A stretch of DNA of 64,000 bases from assembly GCA_964036045.1 (NCBI GenBank), contig OZ038378.1, forward strand, positions 142,848,001 through 142,912,000, given 5' to 3'. This DNA comes from Eutreptiella sp. 'Long Island Sound 2002' (taxonomy: Eukaryota > Protista > Euglenida). Both the position numbers and the translations under genes were made by a program. Shown piece after piece: positions 11,418 through 26,000 of this stretch. The stretch's first letter is position 1; each line of letters starts with the position of its first letter. The notes under the pieces are model-generated. The model was not told where the DNA came from, did no database searches, and worked only from the letters and a program-made list of their open reading frames with translations.

Positions 11418-13800
11418 GTATGTGGATGGTGCCACTATGGGGAAAGGAATGGTGATAGGAGAGGGACCAGTACGCGTTCAGGGGAGAGTACGGCTGCAGC
11501 AACTGTGCTGTTGCGGCTGCGGGTGACGTGACAAGTACAGGGTACAGGTGCACGCAGGTGTGGGTGCAGCTACCGGTGAAGGTATGGTGCCAAACCCACA
11601 GCTGCAGCTGCAGCCACCGTGGCCATTTGTGCTGCACCAGCAACAGCCAGAGGTATTGGGGGGGTGCGCCCCTGCTGGAACATGGGGTGCATGAGGCCAG
11701 AAGTGATGGACCACAAGCACCATGCCTGAGGGGCAATCGCGTTGTCAAGGCACCCGTTTGTAGCCCAACGGGTAGCTTACCCAATTCCTCGTACTTGGGT
11801 GACGTAGTTACTCAAGTAGTCTGCTGGGATAAGGGAAAGGGGCCGGGGCTGGGGCTGGGGCAGGGGTAGGGGCTAGGGCTGGGGTCGAGGCTGTGGCTAG
11901 GGGTGGCGCAGGGGCTGGGGCTAAGTAATGGATGCTGGATAATGTGTGCCTTGCCTGTGGCTCTGGCACAGCCAGAGCGGAACCCGCCAAAAGTTGGGGT
12001 CGCCCAACGTGTGTGGGCGCAAAGCAGCCCGAGCAGTCGTCACAAATCACTCACCCCGCCGACACACAGCTAGGCAATCCCCCAGGCAAACTGACCAGCC
12101 ACCAGACAGCAGTTGCACACCCCATACTTTTGGAGGTGAAGCGTCTTGGGGAAACACATGAAGCCGTGGCACTTCATGGCCCCTAGTGTGCGTTGCAGAA
12201 GTAGTCTGGCCAAATTCCCTCGGAGGCTCCATTGTTGCCTTTAGAGGCTTAGTTGTTGTCCGGCCAGCATAGTCAGGCACGAGTCTTTGGGAAGCTTCAT
12301 TGTTGTCCGGCAAGTTACAGAGGTCCAGAGGAGCACCAATGGCGTGCCCCACTGTGATACCCGGCGTCATGCCGTGCTGCATCATGGGCTCCATCAGCCG
12401 GGGCTAGAGACCTGAAAGTCGGAGGAGCAGGCCAGAACCACCAAGTGACCGGTCACAGGTGCGCGGTTGGCCATTAGCTACACTTCGTGCTGGGTGTTGC
12501 CGAGAGCGCACACTGGAAAAGGGGAGTGAGATAGTGGTATTTGGGGATTCCTGCAAAGCAAAGCCGCCATAAATGGCCAGCAGCGGAGGAGTGCCCTGAG
12601 GAGCATGTTGTCTTGCAAACCAAGGATTGCGGTGTCGTTCGTACAATGGGGCCAGGTCGGGAGTGGGAGTTGGTTGCCAGAGGGCGGGCATGCATGCCAG
12701 GGGGTGGATGCGTTGGTGCCTCATGATGGTCTGCTTTGATAGCGGCCCATTGATGGGCGACCATATGGGGTTTGCGTGGATTGGGGCCAACGACCTTCTG
12801 CTCACCGGCTAGGTTGAGGAGGAGGTGTGCCACGGGCTAGTCATCTAGTGGTAGCGGGGGTGGGGGGCGAGGAGGCACGTGGTGAAGCTGAAGGCCATGC
12901 ACGCTAAAGACATCACCCACATGCCTCTTGCAACCGGGTACCCATGCCCACATTTTGGTGCAACATTTACCTCAACACCTAGTTGATATCCAACAAGAAA
13001 TTGTGCAATACCTGTGCGCAGGCCAAGGGCCTCCTCTACCGGTGGGGCCGGCAACCAATGTCATGGAGCCACCTTCCCAAGATACGCTGATGCCCGCCCT
13101 ACAACATAGCCCTAGCATTGAGCAAGGATAGTGTGGCATCAATGACATTGAAGAGCACATTCACCACTTGTTCGCCAATGCCCACCAGTATTACCTCAAA
13201 CTCCATTCGGTAGTGGGAGCCACATATGTATCACACAATTGCGCACAGCGAATATGGCTACACCACTCAATCACCCGGTGCTACATGTGCACAAAGTTTT
13301 CTTGTAGTGTTGGCATAGGCGCACAGGGGGTGGTGCGCCCTGCACACTCCTTGATGACTCGATTGCCAAACTAAATCCCTGCTAGCCAACACTCTTTGCA
13401 CACACAATCACAACATTGTGACGACAACGATCGGTGCGGGCCTACGCCGCACACTATAGCCCGCAGGCCTTATTGCAAAAGCAGGGGCGCATGCAATAGT
13501 TTTGCTTGGCTTGTCATAGATGGGTGCGGCATGCATCAAGTCAATGGAACTCACATAGTTCTGAGATCACAAGCCTGATTAACTTGGCCTTGCACCACGT
13601 TTGGATTTATTCCAGCGCTTTGAGATATGGGCGGCGATGCCGTGCCACTCCCTTCACATTTAGGCCCGGGGGGGGGGGGGGGGGACTCCGCGGGTCCTAG
13701 GATGCCCCCCCCCCCCCAAGGAGCCAACAGTTAGTTGGCAAAGGTATGAGCCCAAGGAGCCAACAGGCGCCGAACGCGCCCCGGCGCCAACGGCGCCCAA

Positions 13801-14008
13801 AGGGGTTATGTAGCCACCTTGCCCACTTATGGGCCTTTTCTGATTATGCCCCCCGCTCTGAGGCGGTGGAGATCCCCGAGGCGGCAGGGGTTATGTAGCC
13901 ACCTTGCCCACTTGTGGGCCACTTCTGATTTTGCCCCCCGCTCTGAGGTGGAGGGGATCCCCGAGGCGGCAGGGGTTATGTAGCCACCTTGCCCACAAGT
14001 GGGCCACT
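13801..14008. repeat. ~86-bp tandem repeat (about 2.5 copies) at the left edge of the satellite
   Basis: GGGGTTATGTAGCCACCTTGCCCAC at 13802, 13888 and 13972; shares the core ccccgag..ggcaggggttatgtagcca with the satellite monomer. Confidence 0.8.
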
Positions 14009-14016
14009 TGTGAGAC

Positions 14017-17000
14017 ACTTTAGGAGTCATGGCCAGCGGCCCCTATGAAGAAGCTGTCATGGATGTACAAGTGGAGGATCTTGTAGAGAGGGAGGTTGGG
14101 ATACACTAGGTACATATCCCCATGCCACATCCACTATAAGGACACGTCCTCCCTTGAGCCTTAATGTTGTCCCAGCATCCGGGAGTTATAGACCCACCAA
14201 GGTTCGCATGATGGAGTCACATTGGTGTCTCCCATGGTACCCAAAGAAGCCATGGTTTATGTAGCCATATTCATTTGTCCGAACCGTGTGCAAGCTGACA
14301 AGGCAACGATTGGGTAGCCATATGGATCTGTCCCCACCATGGGGACCGGGAGATGGCAACAATCACCAGGTAATCCCTTGCCTCCCCACCATAGGGACCC
14401 CAGGATGTCGCGGCTATGTAGGCCTCTTGATTGCTTTCCCTTTTGAGGACTCTGATATGGCATGGTTTTTGGTTTTTGTAGCCATGTTTTCCCTTCCCAC
14501 TATCAACATTTCAAAAGGTATTCTTTTTTTAGCGCCCTCAATCCATTTTCAGTAGGTCTACCCTTAGCAGGTTGGTGTTTTGGAGCCAATATGGCTGTCT
14601 ACCCCGTAGCCACATCCATTCCCCTGCATGTTGGGAGGCCGTGACAAGGCAGCAATTATGCACATACATTTACTTTTTCCTTACTATGGGGAACAGGCCG
14701 GTGTTATGTAGCTTTATTGATCTATCCCCTGATGTGGAACACAACCTTTTTGAGTAGCCATCCCATTTGTCCCCACTATGGGGCCGCTGAGTAGGAAGGC
14801 ATTATGTAGCCACACTGATTTCTCCCCGCAATTGTGTCTCCGACATGGGGCCCACAACTTGTATGTTTTGTTTAGCCACATTGATTTATCCCTACCACGA
14901 GGACCCTAACAAGGTTGGTATCATATAGGCATTTGCAGTTCTGTCCACTATGGGGACACGGAGAAGTCAGGGGTTAGGCATCCACACCTATTTTCTTCCA
15001 CCATCACTACATGGGGAGCCGTGAAGGTAGCGGGTAGGTAGCCATATTGATCTCCCCCCCCCCTTTGGGAACCTGAACCCCAAGAAGGCCAGTTGTCTTC
15101 CGCCTTTTTGATTTGACCCCACTATGGGGAGGTTGCGAAGGCAAGCGTTGTATAGCTGTATTGATTTCTCTCCACTATGAGGACCACAAAAGAAATGGTT
15201 TATCTAGCCATATTGATTTCTCCTCACCATAGAGATCTTCAGAAGGTTGCTGTGGTGTGGCCATATTGAACTTACCTGCTATGGAACCTCAAGAAGCTAG
15301 GGGTTTTGTAGACATATCCATTTCTCCCCATCATGGGGACCCGGGAACGTAGGGATTTTTCAGCCATGTTGAGTCTTCTCCACTAAGGTGTCTGTGATAA
15401 GGCATGAGGTGTGTAGCCCGATAAATTGCTCACAACTATGGGAACCGTGAGAAGGCATGGGTTATGTAGCTGTATTCATTTCTCTTCATATGGGAACCTT
15501 GAGAAGGCATTTTTTTTCTAGCTAATACCTAGAGAAGGCTGATATTATGTAGCCATATTGACAACTCCGTACGAACCCCAAGAAGGCAATAGTCACATCG
15601 CCACATAGAGGTTTCCCCATTGCCGGCACCTCCAAAAGTCAAGGGTTGTATAGCTAGCTATATTGATGTTTTGGACGCTGGGTGAAGGCCGGGGGTGTGT
15701 AGCCCTATTTTCTTCTCCCCGGTTTGGGGACCCCGAGAAGGCAAAAGTTGTGCTGCTACATTGACTTGTGCGCACTTTGGGACCCAGTGAAGGCAGCGGT
15801 AATATAGCGTTGTTGACTTCTCCGCACTAAAGGGACCTTTACAAGGTAGGGGTTATGTAGGCATACTTTCTTCTCTTCATTTTCGGGGACATAGAGAGGA
15901 CTAGTGGGACCAAGACCGGAACACATGACGGAGGCAAATTATTGGCCATGTTCATTTTTCCCCTTCTCAAGCTACCGAGGAGGCTAGATATATTGCACCA
16001 CATTTGTTTCCCTCCACCATCTTATGTAGAGTCACCCAATTTTTGCAGCGCATTGGTAACATTTAGGAGTCATGGCCGGCGGTCCCTATGAAGAAGGTGT
16101 TATGGATGTACAAGTAGAGGATCTTCTGGAGAGGGAGGTCGGGAAACACTAGGTACATATCCCAATGCCACATCCACTTTAAGGACCCGTTTCCCCGTGA
16201 CCCTTCATGGTGTCCCAGCATCTGGGAGTTATAGACCCACGAAGGTTGGTATGATGGAGTCACATGGGTGTCTCCTTTGGCACCCAAAGAAGCTATGGTT
16301 TATGTAGCCATATTCATTTGTCCGAACCATGTGCAAGCTGAGAAGACAACAATTGGGTAGCCATATGGATCTGTCCCCACCATGGGGACCGGGAGACGGC
16401 AACAATCACCAGGTAATCCCCTGCCTCCCCACCATAGGGACCCCAGGTTGTCGCGGCTATGTAGGCCTCTTGATTGCTTTCCCTTTAGCCTGTGTGGGGA
16501 CTCTAAGAAGCCATGGTGCATGTAGCCACATCCATTCCCCCGCATCTTGGGAGGTTGTGACAAGGCAATTGACTATGCACCTACATTTACTTTTTCCTTA
16601 CTATGGGGAACCGGAGAAGGCCGGTGTTATGTAGCTTTATTGATTTTTCCCCTCATGTGGAACACAACCTTTTTGAGTAGCCATGCCATTTGTCCCCACT
16701 ATGGGGCCGCTGAGTAGGAAGGCATTATGTACCCATCTCCCCACAATTGTGTCTCCGACATGGGGCCCACAACATGCATTTTTTGTTCAGCCACATTGAT
16801 TTATCCCTACCACGAGGACCCTAACAAGGTTGGTATCATGTAGGCATATGCAGTTCTGCCCACTATGGGGACACCGAGAAGGTAGGGGTCAAGCAGTCGC
16901 ACCTATTTTCTTCCACCATCACTACATGGGGAGCCGTGAAGGTAGCGGGTAGGTAGCCATATTGATCTCTCCCGCGCTTTGGGGACGTGAACCCCAAGAA

Positions 17001-20000
17001 GGCAAGTTGTCTTCCGCCATATCGATTTCAGCCCACTATGGGGACGTTGCGAAGGCAAGCAATGTATAGCTGCATTGATTTCTCTCCACTATGAGGACCA
17101 CAAACGAAATGTGTTACGTAGCCATATTGATTTCTTCTCACCATAGAGATCTTCAGAAGGTTGCTGTGGTGTGGCCATATTGAGCTTACTTGCTATGGAA
17201 TCTCAAGAAGCTAGGGGGTCTATAGACATATCCATTTCTCCCCATCGTGGGGACCCGGGAACGTAGTGATTTTTCAGCCATGTGGAGTCTTCTCCACTAA
17301 GGTGCCTGTGATAAGGCATGAGGTGTGTAGCCCGATAAATTGCTCACAACTATGGGAACCGTGAGAAGGCATGGGTTATGTAGCCGTATTCATTTCTTGT
17401 CATACGGGAACCTTGAGAAGGCATTTTCTTTCCAGCTAGGACTTAGAGAAGGCTGATATTATGTAGCCATATTGACAACTTCGCAGGAACCACCACAACA
17501 CTATCACTGCGCAAGCACACAAAAACGCATCAGTGGATATCCAAGTTTTTGTGCTGCGCTTGATTGAACCCTTTCGGCTGCAATCGTCCTTCCTTCACAA
17601 TGTAATCTGCACACATAGCTGCAGCCGACCTCCAAAGCCTATTTGTGATCCACTTGTGTCTTTGAGGAACGGTGGTGTTTTTAATTCCAACAGGGCCACA
17701 AACAACACATTGGAACAAGATTTCCATCGTTTCATCATCTGCGAAAAGTTCAAGGGCTTGCTCATCGGTAAGAGCTGCAGACGGAAGAGAGACTTCACCG
17801 GCCACAACTTTCCTGCTGAACTTCTGAAAATACTTGTCAAATGTGGACGGCAAAGTTTCCTTTTCCTTTTCTATTTCAATCGCTGGCTGATCTCCAAGAA
17901 GGCAATAGTCACATCGCCACATTGAGGTTTCCCCATTGTGGGCACCTCCAAAAGTCAAGGGTTGTATAGCTAGCTATATTGATGTCTTGGCCTCTTGAAG
18001 AAGGGCGGGGGTGTGTAGCCATATTGGTTTGTCCTTAGTTTGGGGACCCCGAGAAGGCAAGGGTTGTGCAGCTACATTGACTACTGCGCACTTTGGGACC
18101 CGGTGAAGGCAGCGGTAATATAGCGTTGCTGACTTCTCCGCACTAAAGGGACCTTTACAAGGTAGAGGTTATGTAGCCATACTTTCTTCTCTTCATTTTC
18201 GGGGACACCGAGAGGACTAGTGGGACCAAGACCGGAACGCATGACAGAGGCAAATTTGTGGCCATGTTGATTTCTCCCCTTCTCAAGCTACCGAGGAGGG
18301 CACCAGATTTGTTTCCCTCCACCATCTTATGTAGAGTCACCCAATTTTTGAAGCGCATTGGTAACATTTAGGAGTCATGGCCGGCGGCCCCTATGAAGTA
18401 GGTGTTATGGATGTACAAGTAGAGGATCTTCTGGAGAGGGAGGTCGGGATACCCTAGGTACGTATCCCCATGCCACATCCACTATAGGGACACTTTCTCC
18501 CTTGACCCTTCATGGTGTCCCAGTATCAGGGGGTTATAGACCCACCAAGGTTGGTATGATGGAGTCACATGGGTGTCTCCTTTGGCACCCAAAGAAGCTA
18601 TGGTTTATGTAGCCATATTGATTTGTCCGAACCGTGTGCAAGCTGACAAGGCAACGATTGGGTAGCCATATGGATCCGTCCCCACCATGGGGACCGGGAG
18701 ATGGCAACAATCACCAACTAATCCCCTGCCTCCCCACCATAGGGAACCCGGGAAATCCGGCTATGTAGGCTTATTGATTACTTCCCCTTTTGAGCACCCT
18801 GATATGGCATGGTTTTTGGTTTTTGTAGCCATGTTTTCTCTTCCCACTATCCGCATTTCAAAAGGTATTCTTTTTTTAGCGCCCTCAATGCATTTTCAGT
18901 AGGTCTACCCTTAGCAGGTTGGTGTTATGGAGCCATATGGGTGTCTACCCCGTGTGGGGACTCTAAGAAGCCATGGTGCATGTAGCCACATCCATTCCCC
19001 CGCATCTTGGGAGGTTGTGACAAGGCAATCCATTATGCACCTACATTTACTTTTTCCTTACTATGGGGAACCGGAGAAGGCCGGTGTTATGTAGCTTTAT
19101 TGATTTATCCCCTCATGTGGAACACAACCTTTTTGAGTAGCCATGCCATTTGTCCCCACTATGGGGCCGCTGAGTAGGAAGGCATTATGTACCCATCTCC
19201 CCACAATTGTGTCTCCGACATGGGGCCCACAACATGCATTTTTTGTTCAGCCACATTGATTTATCCCTACCACGAGGACCCTAACAAGGTTGGTATCATG
19301 TAGGCATATGCAGTTCTGCCCACTATGGGGACACCGAGAAGGTAGGGGTCAAGCAGTCGCACCTATTTTCTTCCACCATCACTACATGGGGAGCCGTGAA
19401 GGTAGCCATATTGATCTCTCCCGCGCTTTGGGGACGTGAACCCCAAGAAGGCAAGTTGTCTTCCGCCATATCGATTTCAGCCCACTATGGGGACGTTGCG
19501 AAGGCAAGCAATGTATAGCTGCATTGATTTCTCTCCACTATGAGGACCACAAACGAAATGTGTTACGTAGCCATATTGATTTCTTCTCACCATAGAGATC
19601 TTCAGAAGGTTGCTGTGGTGTGGCCATATTGAGCTTACTTGCTATGGAATCTCAAGAAGCTAGGGGGTCTATAGACATATCCATTTCTCCCCATCATGGG
19701 GACCCGGGAACGTAGTGATTTTTCAGCCATGTGGAGTCTTCTCCACTAAGGTGCCTGTGATAAGGCATGAGGTGTGTAGCCGGATAAATTGCTCACAACT
19801 ATGGGAACCGTGAGAAGGCATGGGTTATGTAGCCGTATTCATTTCTTGTCATACGGGAACCTTGAGAAGGCATTTTCTTTCCAGCTAGGACTTAGAGAAG
19901 GCTGATATTATGTAGCCATATTGACAACTTCGCAGGAACCACCACAACACTATCACTGCGCAAGCACACAAAAACGCATCAGTGGATATCCAAGTTTTTG

Positions 20001-23000
20001 TGCTGCGCTTGATTGAACCCTTTCGGCTGCAATCGTCCTTCCTTCACAATGTAATCTGCACACATAGCTGCAGCCGACCTCCAAAGCCTATTTGTGATCC
20101 ACTTGTGTCTTTGAGGAACGGTGGTGTTTTTAATTCCAACAGGGCCACAAACAACACATTGGAACAAGATTTCCATCGTTTCATCATCTGCGAAAAGATC
20201 AAGAGCTTGCTCATCGGTAAGAGCTGCAGACGGAAGAGAGACTTCACCGGCCACAACTTTCCTGCTGAACTTCTGAAAATACTTGTCAAATGTGGACGGC
20301 AAAGTTTCCTTTTCCTTTTCTATTTCAATCGCTGGCTGATCTCCAAGAAGGCAATAGTCACATCGCCACATTGAGGTTTCCCCATTGTGGGCACCTCCAA
20401 AAGTCAAGGGTTGTATAGCTAGCTATATTGATGTCTTGGCCTCTTGAAGAAGGGCGGGGGTGTGTAGCCATATTGGTTTGTCCTTAGTTTGGGGACCCCG
20501 AGAAGGCAAGGGTTGTGCAGCTACATTGACTACTGCGCACTTTGGGACCCGGTGAAGGCAGCGGTAATATAGCGTTGCTGACTTCTCCGCACTAAAGGGA
20601 CCTTTACAAGGTAGGGGTTATGTAGCCATACTTTCTTCTCTTCATTTTCGGGGACACCGAGAGGACTAGTGGGACCAAGACCGGAACGCATGACAGAGGC
20701 AAATTTGTGGCCATGTTGATTTCTCCCCTTCTCAAGCTACCGAGGAGGGCACCAGATTTGTTTCCCTCCACCATCTTATGTAGAGTCACCCAATTTTTGA
20801 AGCGCATTGGTAACATTTAGGAGTCATGGCCGGCGGCCCCTATGAAGTAGGTGTTATGGATGTACAAGTAGAGGATCTTTTGGAGAGGGAGGTCGGGATA
20901 CCCTAGGTACGTATCCCCATGCCACATCCACTATAGGGACACTTTCTCCCTTGACCCTTCATGGTGTCCCAGTATCAGGGGGTTATAGACCCACCAAGGT
21001 TGGTATGATGGAGTCACATGGGTGTCTCCTTTGGCACCCAAAGAAGCTATGGTTTATGTAGCCATATTGATTTGTCCGAACCGTGTGCAAGCTGACAAGG
21101 CAACGATTGGGTAGCCATATGGATCCGTCCCCACCATGGGGACCGGGAGATGGCAACAATCACCAACTAATCCCCTGCCTCCCCACCATAGGGAACCCGG
21201 GAAATCCGGCTATGTAGGCTTATTGATTACTTCCCCTTTTGAGCACCCTGATATGGCATGGTTTTTGGTTTTTGTAGCCATGTTTTCTCTTCCCACTATC
21301 CGCATTTCAAAAGGTATTCTTTTTTTAGCGCCCTCAATGCATTTTCAGTAGGTCTACCCTTAGCAGGTTGGTGTTATGGAGCCATATGGGTGTCTACCCC
21401 GTGTGGGGACTGTAAGAAGCCATGGTGCATGTAGCCACATCCATTCCCCCGCATCTTGGGAGGTTGTGACAAGGCAATCCATTATGCACCTACATTTACT
21501 TTTTCCTTACTATGGGGAACCGGAGAAGGCCGGTGTTATGTAGCTTTATTGATTTATCCCCTCATGTGGAACACAACCTTTTTGAGTAGCCATGCCATTT
21601 GTCCCCACTATGGGGCCGCTGAGTAGGAAGGCATTATGTACCCATCTCCCCACAATTGTGTCTCCGACATGGGGCCCACAACATGCATTTTTTGTTCAGC
21701 CACATTGATTTATCCCTACCACGAGGACCCTAACAAGGTTGGTATCATGTAGGCATATGCAGTTCTGCCCACTATGGGGACACCGAGAAGGTAGGGGTCA
21801 AGCAGTCGCACCTATTTTCTTCCACCATCACTACATGGGGAGCCGTGAAGGTAGCGGGTAGGTAGCCATATTGATCTCTCCCGCGCTTTGGGGACGTGAA
21901 CCCCAAGAAGGCAAGTTGTCTTCCGCCATATCGATTTCAGCCCACTATGGGGACGTTGCGAAGGCAAGCAATGTATAGCTGCATTGATTTCTCTCCACTA
22001 TGAGGACCACAAACGAAATGTGTTACGTAGCCATATTGATTTCTTCTCACCATAGAGATCTTCAGAAGGTTGCTGTGGTGTGGCCATATTGAGCTTACTT
22101 GCTATGGAATCTCAAGAAGCTAGGGGGTCTATAGACATATCCATTTCTCCCCATCATGGGGACCCGGGAACGTAGTGATTTTTCAGCCATGTGGAGTCTT
22201 CTCCACTAAGGTGCCTGTGATAAGGCATGAGGTGTGTAGCCCGATAAATTGCTCACAACTATGGGAACCGTGAGAAGGCATGGGTTATGTAGCCGTATTC
22301 ATTTCTTGGCATACGGGAACCTTGAGAAGGCATTTTCTTTCCAGCTAGGACTTAGAGAAGGCTGATATTATGTAGCCATATTGACAACTTCGCAGGAACC
22401 ACCACAACACTATCACTGCGCAAGCACACAAAAACGCATCAGTGGATATCCAAGTTTTTGTGCTGCGCTTGATTGAACCCTTTCGGCTGCAATCGTCCTT
22501 CCTTCACAATGTAATCTGCACACATAGCTGCAGCCGACCTCCAAAGCCTATTTGTGATCCACTTGTGTCTTTGAGGAACGGTGGTGTTTTTAATTCCAAC
22601 AGGGCCACAAACAACACATTGGAACAAGATTTCCATCGTTTCATCATCTGCGAAAAGTTCAAGGGCTTGCTCATCGGTAAGAGCTGCAGACGGAAGAGAG
22701 ACTTCACCGGCCACAACTTTCCTGCTGAACTTCTGAAAATACTTGTCAAATGTGGACGGCAAAGTTTCCTTTTCCTTTTCTATTTCAATCGCTGGCTGAT
22801 CTCCAAGAAGGCAATAGTCACATCGCCACATTGAGGTTTCCCCATTGTGGGCACCTCCAAAAGTCAAGGGTTGTATAGCTAGCTATATTGATGTCTTGGC
22901 CTCTTGAAGAAGGGCGGGGGTGTGTAGCCATATTGGTTTGTCCCTAGTTTGGGGACCCCGAGAAGGCAAGGGTTGTGCAGCTACATTGACTACTGCGCAC

Positions 23001-26000
23001 TTTGGGACCCGGTGAAGGCAGCGGTAATATAGCGTTGCTGACTTCTCCGCACTAAAGGGACCTTTACAAGGTAGGGGTTATGTAGCCATACTTTCTTCTC
23101 TTCATTTTCGGGGACACCGAGAGGACTAGTGGGACCAAGACCGGAACGCATGACAGAGGCAAATTTGTGGCCATGTTGATTTCTCCCCTTCTCAAGCTAC
23201 CGAGGAGGGCACCAGATTTGTTTCCCTCCACCATCTTATGTAGAGTCACCCAATTTTTGAAGCGCATTGGTAACATTTAGGAGTCATGGCCGGCGGCCCC
23301 TATGAAGTAGGTGATATGGATGTACAAGTAGAGGATCTTTTGGAGAGGGAGGTCGGGATACCCTAGGTACGTATCCCCATGCCACATCCACTATAGGGAC
23401 ACTTTCTCCCTTGACCCTTCATGGTGTCCCAGTATCAGGGGGTTATAGACCCACCAAGGTTGGTATGATGGAGTCACATGGGTGTCTCCTTTGGCACCCA
23501 AAGAAGCTATGGTTTATGTAGCCATATTGATTTGTCCGAACCGTGTGCAAGCTGACAAGGCAACGATTGGGTAGCCATATGGATCCGTCCCCACCATGGG
23601 GACCGGGAGATGGCAACAATCACCAACTAATCCCCTGCCTCCCCACCATAGGGAACCCGGGAAATCCGGCTATGTAGGCTTATTGATTACTTCCCCTTTT
23701 GAGCACCCTGATATGGCATGGTTTTTGGTTTTTGTAGCCATGTTTTCTCTTCCCACTATCCGCATTTCAAAAGGTATTCTTTTTTTAGCGCCCTCAATGC
23801 ATTTTCAGTAGGTCTACCCTTAGCAGGTTGGTGTTATGGAGCCATATGGGTGTCTACCCCGTGTGGGGACTGTAAGAAGCCATGGTGCATGTAGCCACAT
23901 CCATTCCCCCGCATCTTGGGAGGTTGTGACAAGGCAATCGATTATGCACCTACATTTACTTTTTCCTTACTATGGGGAACCGGAGAAGGCCGGTGTTATG
24001 TAGCTTTATTGATTTATCCCCTCATGTGGAACACAACCTTTTTGAGTAGCCATGCCATTTGTCCCCACTATGGGGCCGCTGAGTAGGAAGGCATTATGTA
24101 CCCATCTCCCCACAATTGTGTCTCCGACATGGGGCCCACAACATGCATTTTTTGTTCAGCCACATTGATTTATCCCTACCACGAGGACCCTAACAAGGTT
24201 GGTATCATGTAGGCATATGCAATTCTGCCCACTATGGGGACACCGAGAAGGTAGGGGTCAAGCAGTCGCACCTATTTTCTTCCACCATCACTACATGGGG
24301 AGCCGTGAAGGTAGCGGGTAGGTAGCCATATTGATCTCTCCCGCGCTTTGGGGACGTGAACCCCAAGAAGGCAAGTTGTCTTCCGCCATATCGATTTCAG
24401 CCCACTATGGGGACGTTGCGAAGGCAAGCAATGTATAGCTGCATTGATTTCTCTCCACTATGAGGACCACAAACGAAATGTGTTACGTAGCCATATTGAT
24501 TTCTTCTCACCATAGAGATCTTCAGAAGGTTGCTGTGGTGTGGCCATATTGAGCTTACTTGCTATGGAATCTCAAGAAGCTAGGGGGTCTATAGACATAT
24601 CCATTTCTCCCCATCATGGGGACCCGGGAACGTAGTGATTTTTCAGCCATGTGGAGTCTTCTCCACTAAGGTGCCTGTGATAAGGCATGAGGTGTGTAGC
24701 CCGATAAATTGCTCACAACTATGGGAACCGTGAGAAGGCATGGGTTATGTAGCCGTATTCATTTCTTGTCATACGGGAACCTTGAGAAGGCATTTTCTTT
24801 CCAGCTAGGACTTAGAGAAGGCTGATATTATGTAGCCATATTGACAACTTCGCAGGAACCACCACAACACTATCACTGCGCAAGCACACAAAAACGCATC
24901 AGTGGATATCCAAGTTTTTGTGCTGCGCTTGATTGAACCCTTTCGGCTGCAATCGTCCTTCCTTCACAATGTAATCTGCACACATAGCTGCAGCCGACCT
25001 CCAAAGCCTATTTGTGATCCACTTGTGTCTTTGAGGAACGGTGGTGTTTTTAATTCCAACAGGGCCACAAACAACACATTGGAACAAGATTTCCATCGTT
25101 TCATCATCTGCGAAAAGTTCAAGGGCTTGCTCATCGGTAAGAGCTGCAGACGGAAGAGAGACTTCACCGGCCACAACTTTCCTGCTGAACTTCTGAAAAT
25201 ACTTGTCAAATGTGGACGGCAAAGTTTCCTTTTCCTTTTCTATTTCAATCGCTGGCTGATCTCCAAGAAGGCAATAGTCACATCGCCACATTGAGGTTTC
25301 CCCATTGTGGGCACCTCCAAAAGTCAAGGGTTGTATAGCTAGCTATATTGATGTCTTGGCCTCTTGAAGAAGGGCGGGGGTGTGTAGCCATATTGGTTTG
25401 TCCCTAGTTTGGGGACCCCGAGAAGGCAAGGGTTGTGCAGCTACATTGACTACTGCGCACTTTGGGACCCGGTGAAGGCAGCAGTAATATAGCGTTGCTG
25501 ACTTCTCCGCACTAAAGGGACCTTTACAAGGTAGGGGTTATGTAGCCATACTTTCTTCTCTTCATTTTCGGGGACACCGAGAGGACTAGTGGGACCAAGA
25601 CCGGAACGCATGACAGAGGCAAATTTGTGGCCATGTTGATTTCTCCCCTTCTCAAGCTACCGAGGAGGGCACCAGATTTGTTTCCCTCCACCATCTTATG
25701 TAGAGTCACCCAATTTTTGAAGCGCATTGGTAACATTTAGGAGTCATGGCCGGCGGCCCCTATGAAGTAGGTGATATGGATGTACAAGTAGAGGATCTTT
25801 TGGAGAGGGAGGTCGGGATACCCTAGGTACGTATCCCCATGCCACATCCACTATAGGGACACTTTCTCCCTTGACCCTTCATGGTGTCCCAGTATCAGGG
25901 GGTTATAGACCCACCAAGGTTGGTATGATGGAGTCACATGGGTGTCTCCTTTGGCACCCAAAGAAGCTATGGTTTATGTAGCCATATTGATTTGTCCGAA

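Noticed and set aside
17533-17925. 130-aa + strand ORF in the satellite insert
   Set aside because: Its composition looks like the antisense shadow of the more protein-like minus-strand frame.
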